DNA from: Selaginella moellendorffii
Taxonomy: Eukaryota > Plantae > Lycopodiophyta
Assembly: GCF_000143415.4 (NCBI RefSeq)
Contig: NW_003314323.1
Span: forward strand, 438,499-502,498
Direction of reading: 5' to 3'
Length of the DNA: 64,000 nucleotides
A program made the translations under genes and the position numbers. Under the pieces are notes generated by a model that saw nothing but the letters and a program-made list of their open reading frames with translations, had not been told where the DNA came from and searched no databases. Shown one piece after another: positions 11,655 to 23,185 of the stretch (positions within the stretch are counted from its first letter, which is position 1; each line of letters begins with the position of its first letter).

Positions 11655-12180
11655 AATGCCATCGAGCTGCAAGCACAGCATTCCAAGAATGACAACACTC
11701 TGGAAACTTGAAACTTGTGGAGATGTATAGGAAATGTGGAAGCATGGAGGGTGTGAGGGAGAAGTTCTTTTGGATGGAGAGGAGAGACAAGCAGTGTGGC
11801 CAGAAAGAAGCTCTCGAGCAGTGTTTTCCCGGACACAAGTGCTGTGCCAAAAGTTCACGGGTGCTTGGGCGAACTTGGCATCCGGCATTGGCACTGCGCT
11901 CGTCAACATGTATGGGAGGTACAAAAGTCTGGACGATGCGAACCAGATTGAGAGGAAAGACGTAGCAACGTGGACTGTGATGTCTCGGAAGCAGAAGACT
12001 TTGGTGGCTTTCCAGGAGATGCTCATGCTTTCCAACAAGGTGACATTTCTGGCGCTGCTAAGACGTCAAGAGGGAGATCTTCATCGTGGACGGGGTGGTG
12101 ACATGTCCATCTCCGGGACGTGGTCGACGAGAGTGGCGAGTTTTCGATCTTGTCGGACCACCGGCCAATATCATGGGTCA
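11655..12180 (+). pseudogene. PLS-class pentatricopeptide repeat (PPR) gene fragment
   Basis: Motifs LVEMYRKCGSMEG, GTALVNMYGRYKSLDDA, KDVATWTVM and NKVTFLALL occur in shifting frames. Confidence 0.8.
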
Positions 12181-12504
12181 ACATCTTTACTCTAGACGTA
12201 GAATCTTATCAACTTATTGTCTCCTTTAGTTGCATCCACTGGAGCACATCTTCCAAGGCCTGTGCTGTGCACGAGTAATGGTTCCTCTGGAGCCTTCTGC
12301 GAATCTCGTATCCCACGGGATCCAACATCGCGAGCGACAGCTCCCCGAGCGGTGGCCTTCAAAGACTGTTTGACATTCATTGACTACCCTTGACATTGAG
12401 CTCAACTAGTCTGGAAATGGATATCAGTGGATGAAAACGGCAACGTGTGGAACACGTTGTTCTATCCAATTTTGTGAAGCTCTTGTTCTTCAATAAAATG
12501 TAGG

Positions 12505-14912
12505 ATGCAGAAACAAGAGCAACAGAAAATGCAGAAAGTGGAGAAAGTGGAGATCCTCTTTTGGTTGTTCTTTGCTCTAGGCCTCTCGCAAATGCTGGGA
12601 TCCTCCTTCAAGAACAAGGCGCATGCCCTTCTCGAGTTCAAGAAGGGTATAAACGACACACAAGGCACTCTTCTTGACTGGAACCCGGGCAATGTTGCCA
12701 ACATGTGTGTTTGGGCAGGAATCTCATGCGATTCTTCCACCAGCGTCGTCTCGATCAGGCTTACATCTCCCCTCTTGCAGGGAAGTATATCGCCCTCGAT
12801 TGGCCAGCTGACACAGCTCAGAGAGCTCAACTTGTCACGTAACTATTACATGTCCGGTGGGATCACAAACTGTTCTCTCTTTGAGGTGTTAGATCTCTCC
12901 TACAATCTCTTCCAGGGCCGGATTCCGGGCTTCTTGGGACGCCCTCAACGTCTACGCCATCCTTCCCTGCGGTGGAACTATTACAACCAGGAGATTCCTC
13001 GAGCCTGGCAAATTGCTCGTCTCTCGAAGTCATTAATCTCTCGAGAAACCATCTTGGTGACCGCATTCCGGAGTCCCTGGGTCAGCTTTCCAGGCTGCAA
13101 AATCTCTCTCTGGCTGACAATTCCTACATGCAGGCCTCGTCCAGCTCCACCTCGCGATTCCTGGGGCGAAGAACCCTGCGGCGCATCCTCGGATCCTTGT
13201 TGCCGCTGCCGCTTCCCGAGGATCTGTGGAACACTGCCTAATTTGAGCAATTGCTCGTGTTTCGTTGGTCTCAAGCTTCGAAACAACAAGTTCACCAGTC
13301 GATCTATTCAAGCCTTGGGATGAACGAATTTACTCAAGCAGCATTGTGGAGCTAAACTTGACCTCCAACAGCTTCAACACCTCTATGGACAGCATACTAA
13401 AAGGAATCCAGCAAATGAAGCACCTTCAAATTCTGGCTCTTGGTGGTGAGATCCCTGCTGGTCTTCTTTCTATGAAATCATTTCAAAGTTTGGACCTCCA
13501 GAACAACGGTTATAGCTCCATTTGCCTACGGCAACCTGGGGTATTTAGACATCAGGTTCAACCAAGTTCACTACTCTCCCTTTTCACGCATCGAAGTTTC
13601 TTAAAATTGTGAACGTGTTACGTCTGGCAAAAAACCAGCTGACATCTGAGATCTTTGGTGGGGATGACTGCGCTCTTGAAGCTATCGACATGTCCCGCAA
13701 CAACTTCTCCACAGGCCTGTCCCCGCAGAGCGTGGATCTATCCGTTAACAATCTACAAGGTGGCCTACCGAGTGGAATGGCAAAGCTCCGGAACTTAACA
13801 TCCATGACCGTCTCCAAGAACAACTTGACTGGGCCTTTGTTTCCACAGGTCGGCTCACTGGAGAAGCTGAATACTTTGGACCTTCATGAAACAGGTTCTC
13901 AGGAACCTTGAGGGAAGACTACCCCCCAGGGTCGTCGATGCGGCGACTTGATCTCTCTTACAACGAGCTCTCTGGCGAAGTTCCTCCAGGCATTGGCAAC
14001 TTGTCAAAGCTCACGAGGCTTGATCTTTCCAATAACCATCTCTCCGGTGTCATTCCTTCGGAGCTTGGACGCTGCTCTTCTATAACGCTGCTGGACTTGT
14101 CAAGCTTCCAAAGGCGATGGACAATTTCAATCCTCAATGTAGGAGATAATGTGCTAACTGGTGAGGTGACCATGGACTTTGGAGCCACTAAACACCTAGT
14201 GCCTTCGCAACTTGGGCAGAACCAATTCACTGGCCCTCTCCCATACAGTGCAAACGCACCAGGTGCAAGTCTCAAGCCAAACTCGGCAGCATGACAGCCA
14301 CTTTGCACTGGGATCCAAGCGTTAGACCTGCGAATGAACAACTTCCAGGGCATGTTTCCAGAGATAGTTTGCAAGTGGTGGAGATCATTCCCAATGCTTT
14401 TACGCTCGCATTGGTGGCTTTGAAACCTTGCATTGCATAAACCTTACTGGGCAAAGCACCAGTAAGGTGGTTGCTGGAGAGATCAATCACTTGAAGATTG
14501 GTGAGGTTGGCGATGCATGGTGGGATGGTGCCTAGGATATTGTTGTTTGCGAGTGACAAGACCATCAAGCAAGTCTCCCGAGTGGTATAGCTTTGGCGGG
14601 GGCGTGTTTGACTACGGGATCACCCTGCGAGGAGCATACACCAACATATCAAACCTCATCGATTCCTTCACGCTCATGGACTTCTCAAACAACGAGCTCG
14701 AAGGTGAGCTGCCTCACACTTTCTCGGCTCGTGGGTCTCAACACCTCAAGCAACAGATTCTCTGGACGCATCCCAGTTGGACTCTCCATGCTTAAGGTGC
14801 TGGAATCACTTGACCTGTCGCACAACAACTTCGAGGATGGCATTCTGCAGGAGATTGCGTTCATGCCAGTTTCAGTGTTGCCCACAACAATCTCAGTGGT
14901 CCTATTCCTACT
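12505..14912 (+). pseudogene. Degraded tandem copy of the LRR receptor-like protein gene at 18421-21270
   Basis: Near-identical, colinear sequence to the intact gene, with more than 15 small deletions or frameshifts, an insertion of about 95 bp, an inverted segment (14379-14571) and a 3' truncation before the TM segment. Confidence 0.95.
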
Positions 14913-17900
14913 TCAAGGAAGATTCCTCAAGTATCCTAATAGTAAGAGGCAACTCACAAGATCTGAACATTTATTTGGCCATAAGCCTGATCAATATGGC
15001 AGTCTTTTATAGTGCTTTGTGTTTAGAACTATCAACAACATGAAAGATATATACATAAAGCAATCTGAAGTAATTTTTATTGTTGCAATCCTTGTAAAAG
15101 CCAAAGTCTTCAAAGTTCTTGGAGATGTTTAACCTCTTCTAAATGCAACAAGAATAGTTCATTGACACCTCCCATGGATTGGTAGGGATAAAATAGCCAA
15201 TATAAAGATAAGAACAATACAAAAATGTATAGCAAAAGTATACTTTATGAACTAGTTGCAGCACAAAGCCACTATTGCACATAAATGATTTGTTAGGTCC
15301 TGCCATGCCTTATGGTTAGATGCCAACACCCAAGCACACACATCCAAGAAACTACTAAAGAGTTATGTAGGAATAAGAAGTTTGTTATCTTATTCATTCT
15401 TCAATAGATAATTAGTAAATTGGCTAATAATCTCACTATATCTACCCACAGTGAGGGAAGAAAGAAAATAATCTATTAAATAACATAATTGATATTAACA
15501 TTAAAATATATTTAGTCTTTTTTTGCTTCTATGCCCAAAAAAGCAAGAATGGGTAGAATGCTCTTTCACTATAGGCTTGTTGCATGTAATGTTGTGCCAT
15601 ACATAAATAGGTAAATGGAATTTACTTTGGTCCATATTGTCCATATCATCAGGATTAAGCATGTGCACTAAAACACCTTGTGTGATAAGTATGGATATAA
15701 TAATAAAGAAACATTTGAGAATAAATATTATAGATTACTTTAAACACTAACATCACCATCTCCCAAGAATATCCTTAAAAGCACACTCCTTTTCGAGTGC
15801 AAAAATAGCTTAGCCTATCTTTTTTGCCATTTGAATCCCCTTTGAAAGACAAAATACCTCTAACAAGATTTACATGGCTGTGATTTGAATAGTGTTGATA
15901 GCCAGGGAACACTGAGTGAAGAACCTTTGAGTCAATCACATTTAAGATGATGTTTATAAAGCTATTGTATCTTAATGAAGAAAGAGCAACACAATCATCA
16001 GCTTATATAGCCTTACAACAGTTTTTTTATAGAAAATGGTAGTTCCAAGAATAAACTTAGAAATTAATTTGTAATTAATTTGTAAAGAAAGAAGTTACAC
16101 ACCTTTTGCTTCTACCCACTAACATCTTTCTTATCCACTACCATATTCAAAAGAAGGCAATTGAATGAAAACTCAACAAATCCATCATTATTGTTAGCCA
16201 AGTGCACAAAAAGCCTTCCCATATTAGAGAGCAAAGAAGGATTATAACAACCACATCCTCATATGTCATGAAGCTGTTTGCAACCTATAAGGCTTAGGAA
16301 ATGTATGAAGGAGTGTCCCAATGGTGGCATCCCATTCAGAAGATTGAAGAAGATGAAGTTGATCCTATAAGGCATGAATTGACCCTGGATCCACTAATCA
16401 AGCATGTAGGGCTTATGACTAATAGCATTTAGAATTTTAGTTAAGTTAAATTTAATACTAATACACAAACTATTATATATTAAATTGATACTACATAATA
16501 ATTGTGAACCTTAGTGTATATCTATTTAGAGTTTAGTAAGTCTACAGTTATTTCTTCATTGTCAATTCCATGACTCATTGCAAGTTGTTTTTATTTTTTT
16601 GCTACTGTCAATAGTGATATATCTTAAGCTTGATTTTTTTATATAGGCAACTATGTCCTCCTCCTCCTCCATTATTCTGACATGCTTGGTAGGAGTTCTT
16701 TGTGCTTACAAAAAGGTTTACAACTGTGCCAACATTTGGTGTTATGCAACATATGGATGAAATCGAGAAAGCTTGGATTAATCTCAAACCTTCTCACCAT
16801 GTTGCATATAATGGTATAATATGTTCTTTTGCAAACTCAAAGTGTCATTGTGAAGGTCCCATTCATGAAATATTGTTGTCATAAGCATTGGAGTGGTTTC
16901 CTTTGGTTTCACCTGAGATATTCAAAGTGTAGATTTCTATGAAGTTAATTATCTTTTTCAGTAATTACCTTTATCTTGCCTAGCCAGTCAAGTTTAAAGC
17001 CAAATGGGTAATCATTAAATATAGTTTGATCACTATTGCCTACAATTGAATCTCCCTACACATGGATGTTGATCACTCCATGTAGAAGACTGCAATCTAA
17101 CAATCATCTACCACCATTATTGGCAAAATCCCAAAGCATGGTGGATGATGTCTTTGCTACAAAGTGCCTTTATCCTTCACGTAGTTGTGGGGTAGGACAG
17201 CTAGCAATGGCTTTCTTTTTATTTTGGTACCAATATGGATTAAACTAGTTACATGTAATTCCCAATGAGAACAGCAACTTCCCTAGAATTGACAAAGTTA
17301 CTTTTATAAACAAAAAAAAAAACCTACACATCTAAGAACTATTAATGAAAAAAAAATGATAAATAGGACATCCCTTTTCAGTCAGAATCTCAATCTCGAA
17401 TGTGACTTCCGTATTCCTCTATAGGCAGAATATTCTGCTACTCTCGTCCATGCTGGCGTACACGTACTCATCTGTCGGCACCACAAAGATGGGGAGCATA
17501 AGATTTAATAATAACATTACAGTATAGATAAAAGAACTATTTGGCCCCCAATAGAGAGGCCTACAGATGATATTAACACATCCAATCTTGAAAGGAAATT
17601 CTAGATTATAGAGGAAACAAAAACACACACTTAGTGCACTAGATTATTCAGGTTTCACTCACTTCCACTATCATCAAATAGTTAAAAACTTTACTCCACC
17701 TTTAGCCCTGCAGTTTTTCATGGGATGTCAACAGATAATTTAAACTCCAAATTCATTTGTGCACTAGGCAATGAAGTTGGCAATCCTCAGCATAATTGGG
17801 TGAATCTAGGCAACCTTAAGAGGATTTGACTCCACATTTTGATGCTCATTACCATCCATTTGTGAAGAGACTTTTGATAAGGCATTTGGTTCTTGATTTG

Positions 17901-18420
17901 GAAGAAATAGATCCCTAGGTGTAAACTTATAAATGGAGCAAAGGGCTATTCAACACTAGTCCAACCAGACATTGCCATAGAAATTATACAAGACTTTTGA
18001 TCTATACACTACAGTGGCCACTAACAATTAAGCCCTCTTTATATACTAATATAAAGTCCAAATCAAATAAAGTTTCAAACCCACCAATGTATGGATGGTT
18101 AAACAACTAAACAGAAAATATCTATAAAAATAATAAGACAAGTAAGCTATAATTTTAGCCTGGAGACAATGTCTGTGAACCCGTAGTCTTTGAAATGGTG
18201 GATGTCCTTGACAAGCATGCCTCTCATTTCTCTCCCCTTACTGACTACCAAATAATCTAGGTATGCTGTTAAGCTGCTGAAGTGAGCTGTGGACCTCCAC
18301 GTACTTCGGCAATAAAGAATTGACAGGCTACATTTCAAACAACACGTGGTAGTACAGGTTGACAAGTCTTGTGTATAAGCTGACTAAGCAAGTTCCACAC
18401 CCCTGTTCTACAAGAGAAAA

Positions 18421-21270
18421 ATGGAGAAAGTGGAAATCGTCTTTTGGTTGTTCTTTGCTCTAGGCCTCTCGCAAATGCTGGGATCCTCCTCCAAAAACGA
18501 GGCGGATGTTCTTCTCGACTTCAAGAAGGGTATAAACGACACAGAAGGCAATCTTCTTGACTGGAACCCGGGCAATGTTGCCAACATGTGTGTTTGGGCA
18601 GGAATCTCATGCGATTCTTCCACCAGCGTCGTCTCGATCAGGCTTACATCTCTTCTCTTACAGGGAAGGATATCGCCCTCGATTGGCCAGCTAACACAGC
18701 TCAGAGAGCTCAACTTGTCACGGAACTACTACATGTCCGGTGAGATTCCCAGCGAGATCACAAACTGTTCTCTCCTTGAGGTGCTAGATCTCTCCTACAA
18801 TCTCTTCCAGGGCCGGATTCCGGGCTTCTTGGGACGCCTTCAACGTCTACGCCATCTTTCCCTGCGGTGGAACTATTACAACCAGGAAATTCCCTCGAGC
18901 TTGGCAAATTGCTCGTCTCTCGAAGTCATTGATCTCTCGAGAAACCAGCTTGGTGGCCGCATTCCGGAGTTCCTGGGTCAGCTTTCCAGGCTGCAAAATC
19001 TCTCTCTGGCTGACAATTCCTACATGCATGGAACACTGCCTCGAAGCTTGGGCAATTGCTCGTCTTTGGTTGGTCTCAGGCTTCGAAACAACAAGTTCAC
19101 TGGAAAGGTACCAGTCGATCTATTCAAGCTACCAGTGCTCTTGACCCTTGGCATTTCGATGAACGAGTTTACTGGTATTGAATCTGGTGGCTACGCCTCA
19201 AGCAGCATTGTGGAGCTAAACTTGACCTCCAACAGTTTCAACACCTCTATGGACAGCATACTAAAAGGAATCCAGCAAATGAAGCATCTTCAAATTCTGG
19301 CTCTTGGTGGCTTCCCACAGCAATTGTCTGGTGAGATCCCTGCTCGTCTTCTTTCTTTGAAATCACTTCAAAGTTTGGACCTCCAGAATAACAGTTATAG
19401 CTCCATTCCTTTGGACTTTGCCTACGGCAACCTGGGGTATTTAGACATCAGGTTCAACAAGTTCGCTGCTCTCCCTTCTCATGCATCAAAGTTTCTTAAA
19501 ACTGTGAACGTGTTACGTCTGGCAAGAAACCAGCTCGCATCAATCCCACCTGAGATCTTTGGTGGGGATGACTGCGCTCTTGAAGCGATCGACATGTCCC
19601 GCAACAACTTGTCCACAGGAATTCCTGAAAATTTGGTGGATTGCCTGTCCCTACAGAGCGTGGATCTATCCGTTAACAATCTACAAGGTGGCCTACCGAG
19701 TGGAATGGCAAAGCTCCGGAACTTAACATCCATGACCGTCTTCAGGAACAACTTGACTGGGCCTTTGTTTCCACAGGTCGGCTCACTGGAGAAGCTGAAT
19801 ACTTTGGACCTTTCATGGAACAGGTTCTCAGGAGCCTTGTGGGAAGACTACTCCCCAGGTTCGTCGATGCGGCGACTTGATCTCTCTTACAACGAGCTCT
19901 CTGGCCAAGTTCCTCCAGGCATTGGCAACTTGACCAAGCTCACGAGGCTTGATCTTTCCAATAACCATCTCTCAGGTGTCATTCCTTCGGAGCTTGGACG
20001 CTGCTCTTCTATAACGCTGCTGGACTTGTCAAGCAATGAACTGAATGGTAACCTTCCAAAGGCGATGGACAATTTCACAGAGCTTCTCATCCTCAATGTA
20101 GGAGATAATGTGCTAACTGGTGAGGTGACCATGGACTTTGGAGCCACTAAACATCTAGTGGCCTTGCAACTTGGGCAGAACCAATTCAGCGGCCCTCTCC
20201 CATACAGCTTGAGCAACATCTCCTTGCAAATGCACCAGGTGCAAGTCTCAAGCCAAACTCGGCAGCATGACTTCTATCTGCAGCCACTTTGCACTGGGAT
20301 CCAAGCGCTAGACCTGCGAATGAACAACTTCCAGGGCATGTTTCCAGAGATAGTTTGCAAGTGGACGTGCTTGATGGTCTTGTCACTCGCAAACAACAAT
20401 ATCCGGGGCACCATCCCACCATGCATCGCCAACCTCACCAATCTTCAAGTGATTGATCTCTCCAGCAACCACCTCACTGGTGCTTTGCCCGACCAGCTCG
20501 ATCTCATGCAAGGTTTCAAAGCCACAAATGTGAGCGTAAAAGCATTGGGAATGATCTCCAAGTCTCCCGAGTGGTACAGCTTTGGCGGGGGTGTGTTTGG
20601 CTACGGGATCACCCTGCGAGGAGCATATGTCAGCATATCAAACCTCATCGATTCCTTCACGCTCATGGACTTCTCAGACAACGAGCTCGAAGGTGAGCTG
20701 CCCCTCACACTTTCTGGGCTCGTGGGTCTCATGCAGCTCAACATCTCGAGCAACAGATTCTCTGGACGCATCCCAGTTGGACTCTCCAGGCTTAAGGTGC
20801 TGGAATCACTTGACCTGTCGCACAACAACTTCGAGGGTGGCATTCCCCAGGAGATTGCGTTCATGCCCGAGCTGTCCAGTTTCAGCGTTGCCTACAACAA
20901 TCTCAGTGGTCCTATTCCTACTGGCAACAACCTCAACACCAGGTTTCTGGATGCCTTCACAGGCAACACTCTCTTGTGTGGATTCCCACTCTCGGCATGC
21001 AATGCTTCGACATCTAATTCCTCGACCGACATCCCAGTACATGCCACCAACACTGATACCTTCTTCATCTTGGGCTTTCTTTGTGGTGCTATCCCGCCCT
21101 TTGCGGCAGCGTTCTATGTAGTGGTGTTCACCAGCAAAATCCAGATGATCATCAACAAGTTCAACAAGTTCCAAGAAGATGGCGATCATTCAAAGCTGGA
21201 TTTTACTGCACAGGCAATCCCACAACAGTCGAGTCTTGCCACCCCCCAGCAACTTAGCTTCAGCAGCTAA
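18421..21270 (+). CDS. LRR receptor-like protein (RLP), intronless, 949 aa
   Basis: Signal peptide, LRRNT cap (LLDFKKGI..W..C.W.GISC), many plant LxxLxLxxNxLxGxIP repeats, an island before the last four LRRs, FTGNTLLCGFPL cap, TM segment FFILGFLCGAIPPFAAAFYVVVF and a short cytoplasmic tail with no kinase. Confidence 0.95.
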   Translation: MEKVEIVFWLFFALGLSQMLGSSSKNEADVLLDFKKGINDTEGNLLDWNPGNVANMCVWAGISCDSSTSVVSIRLTSLLLQGRISPSIGQLTQLRELNLSRNYYMSGEIPSEITNCSLLEVLDLSYNLFQGRIPGFLGRLQRLRHLSLRWNYYNQEIPSSLANCSSLEVIDLSRNQLGGRIPEFLGQLSRLQNLSLADNSYMHGTLPRSLGNCSSLVGLRLRNNKFTGKVPVDLFKLPVLLTLGISMNEFTGIESGGYASSSIVELNLTSNSFNTSMDSILKGIQQMKHLQILALGGFPQQLSGEIPARLLSLKSLQSLDLQNNSYSSIPLDFAYGNLGYLDIRFNKFAALPSHASKFLKTVNVLRLARNQLASIPPEIFGGDDCALEAIDMSRNNLSTGIPENLVDCLSLQSVDLSVNNLQGGLPSGMAKLRNLTSMTVFRNNLTGPLFPQVGSLEKLNTLDLSWNRFSGALWEDYSPGSSMRRLDLSYNELSGQVPPGIGNLTKLTRLDLSNNHLSGVIPSELGRCSSITLLDLSSNELNGNLPKAMDNFTELLILNVGDNVLTGEVTMDFGATKHLVALQLGQNQFSGPLPYSLSNISLQMHQVQVSSQTRQHDFYLQPLCTGIQALDLRMNNFQGMFPEIVCKWTCLMVLSLANNNIRGTIPPCIANLTNLQVIDLSSNHLTGALPDQLDLMQGFKATNVSVKALGMISKSPEWYSFGGGVFGYGITLRGAYVSISNLIDSFTLMDFSDNELEGELPLTLSGLVGLMQLNISSNRFSGRIPVGLSRLKVLESLDLSHNNFEGGIPQEIAFMPELSSFSVAYNNLSGPIPTGNNLNTRFLDAFTGNTLLCGFPLSACNASTSNSSTDIPVHATNTDTFFILGFLCGAIPPFAAAFYVVVFTSKIQMIINKFNKFQEDGDHSKLDFTAQAIPQQSSLATPQQLSFSS

Positions 21271-21369
21271 TGTAAAAACGAAAATGAAGGTACCAGCTTT
21301 TCAAAGCTGCTGTGCGATTTCAAGAGAAACAAGAGTTGATAAGAATTGTGGAAGAATAAAGGTATTTGA

Positions 21370-22958
21370 TTATAGAAAGCTAGACACTTGATCGCTGTTA
21401 TCTTCCACTCCCAGGTAGTAGAGGCATAACAAAGCCCCAGAGCACAGAACAAACACAAGCGCCAGCCTCTCGAGCGTGAGATCGGTCTTGCTGCTGTCCA
21501 GCTGAGAGGCGCTCGTGATCTGGTACCAGGGCGATGCCACTGCTCCAAACAAGATGCCCACCAGCGCGCCACCGACGTGAGTCCAGGCATCCACCGGGAG
21601 CTCGTTCCCCACCAGCACGGTCAGCCCGCTAAGCACCAGGACCTTTTGCAAGAGCTCGCCGGTGTCAAACGTTCGCACGGCCTCCTTGTTCTTGACGAGG
21701 AAGATGATCCAGCTGCAGATCATGGCAAACACCGCGCCGGTTCCTCCCACTGTTGGCTGCGACGTCTGGAGAAAGCTCGCCACGTTGCCCATGGCACCGC
21801 CCAGGAGGTAAATCAGGACGAGTCCTATGGAGCCGTAGAGGCTCTCCACGAGTGGGCCAAAGGATATCGTCGCCCAGCAGCTGAGGAAGAGGTGCAACAG
21901 GCCCGAGTGCTGCGAGAAAGGGAGACACACACGGTTTGAGTTGATCTGAAGTCGAGTGGAAGAGCTCATACCAGGAAAGTTGGAGTTATCAGCCTCCACC
22001 ATTCTCCGGCGACAATGAGATCGTTCACTTTTGCTCCTTGCAAGAATGCCAGATCCATGCCGTTTTCTGTTTGCTGGGTCGTCGCAAGGCCGAAAATGTA
22101 GACACCAATGTTTATCCCCACAATGGTCGACCTGGGGAAAAGGAATCAGAGAGAAAAAAAAAAAAAACCAGAGAGAAAACGCAAGCTTTGACTTACACCA
22201 CAATGGATCCCCGTCGCATGAGGAGCAAAGGCACTTCTTTGCTGGTCTCATCACTGGTGGTATTCAGCACGACCAGAGGAGTTTCTTCATTGTTGGGATC
22301 CAACTCAAACTCACTCCCACGATCTTCTTTCACTGCTGCGGCTGCCGATGCCTCCTCCTTCTCTTTGGATTCGGCTTGCTCAAACTCCTTGAGTACTGTC
22401 AGGAGCAGCTCCTCCTTCAAAGCGTACTCGTCCTGTAGTGACTTCAACTTATCAGTACCTGCCTTCATAAAAACTCGTCAACTAAAGCCCCGCCCAGCAC
22501 AAACAGAAAAAAACTGCCTAGTGCAAGAGTAAAGACTCACCACTAGCGTGGCTGTGAATTTCTTTCGCTGGATCGTGCTCTTGCTTCTGCAATCCGCCAG
22601 ACTCCACGGAAATCGCCGCTGCTTCTCGTAAAGAACTTAAAGGCTCCTCCTCCTCCTCCCGGGAAGCCGTGCTCGATTTCTTCTTCTTCGTCTCAAGCAT
22701 GTCGAAGTATGAATCCAGGGTCTTCAATGCACTCTTAACAGCCGACGAACTCTCCCCCTTCTTCTCATCATCATCGCTCTCGCCCGCCGACGACGAGCTG
22801 GCGCTGCCCGAGCCCTCGCATTTCAAGCGCCGGCAGCAGCGCTGCGGCCTCAGCGCCGATCCCCTGTGCCCGATGCTACTCAGCAGCCGCGATCTGTGCG
22901 ACACCGAAAACCCTTGCTGGATCGCCGCCACAGACATGAGCTCCGAGCAGAACTCCAT
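21370..22958 (-). CDS. RBL9: Rhomboid-like protein, RBL9-like, probably plastid-targeted; exons 22958-22541, 22458-22197, 22131-21972, 21909-21370
   Basis: The spliced product contains GAKVNDLIVAGEWWRLITPTFLHSG, IYLLGG..GN..SFL, PTVGGTG and DAWTHVGG. The N-terminus is Ser/Arg-rich and transit-peptide-like. Confidence 0.85.
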
Positions 22959-23185
22959 CGCGCAAGACTCACCAATCGATCGAAATCCGCCTCCTCTCCG
23001 CCATCGCCATAGCCAGAGCTCGCTAGAGCCCTAAAATATTTAAGCCAAGGGTGAAAAGAACAAACAAAAGAATTAATAGTAGTAAAAATGAGCAAGGACA
23101 AAAAGAAGGGAAAATTTACTTTTTACAACCATTGGCTCTTCGTGAATTTTTTTTCTTCTCTCTCTTGTCTCGAGGACGAGGATCA

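Noticed and set aside
15000-18400. Possible LINE or other gene remnants between the RLP copies
   Set aside because: Only weak, unordered resemblances. I could not assign a family by eye.
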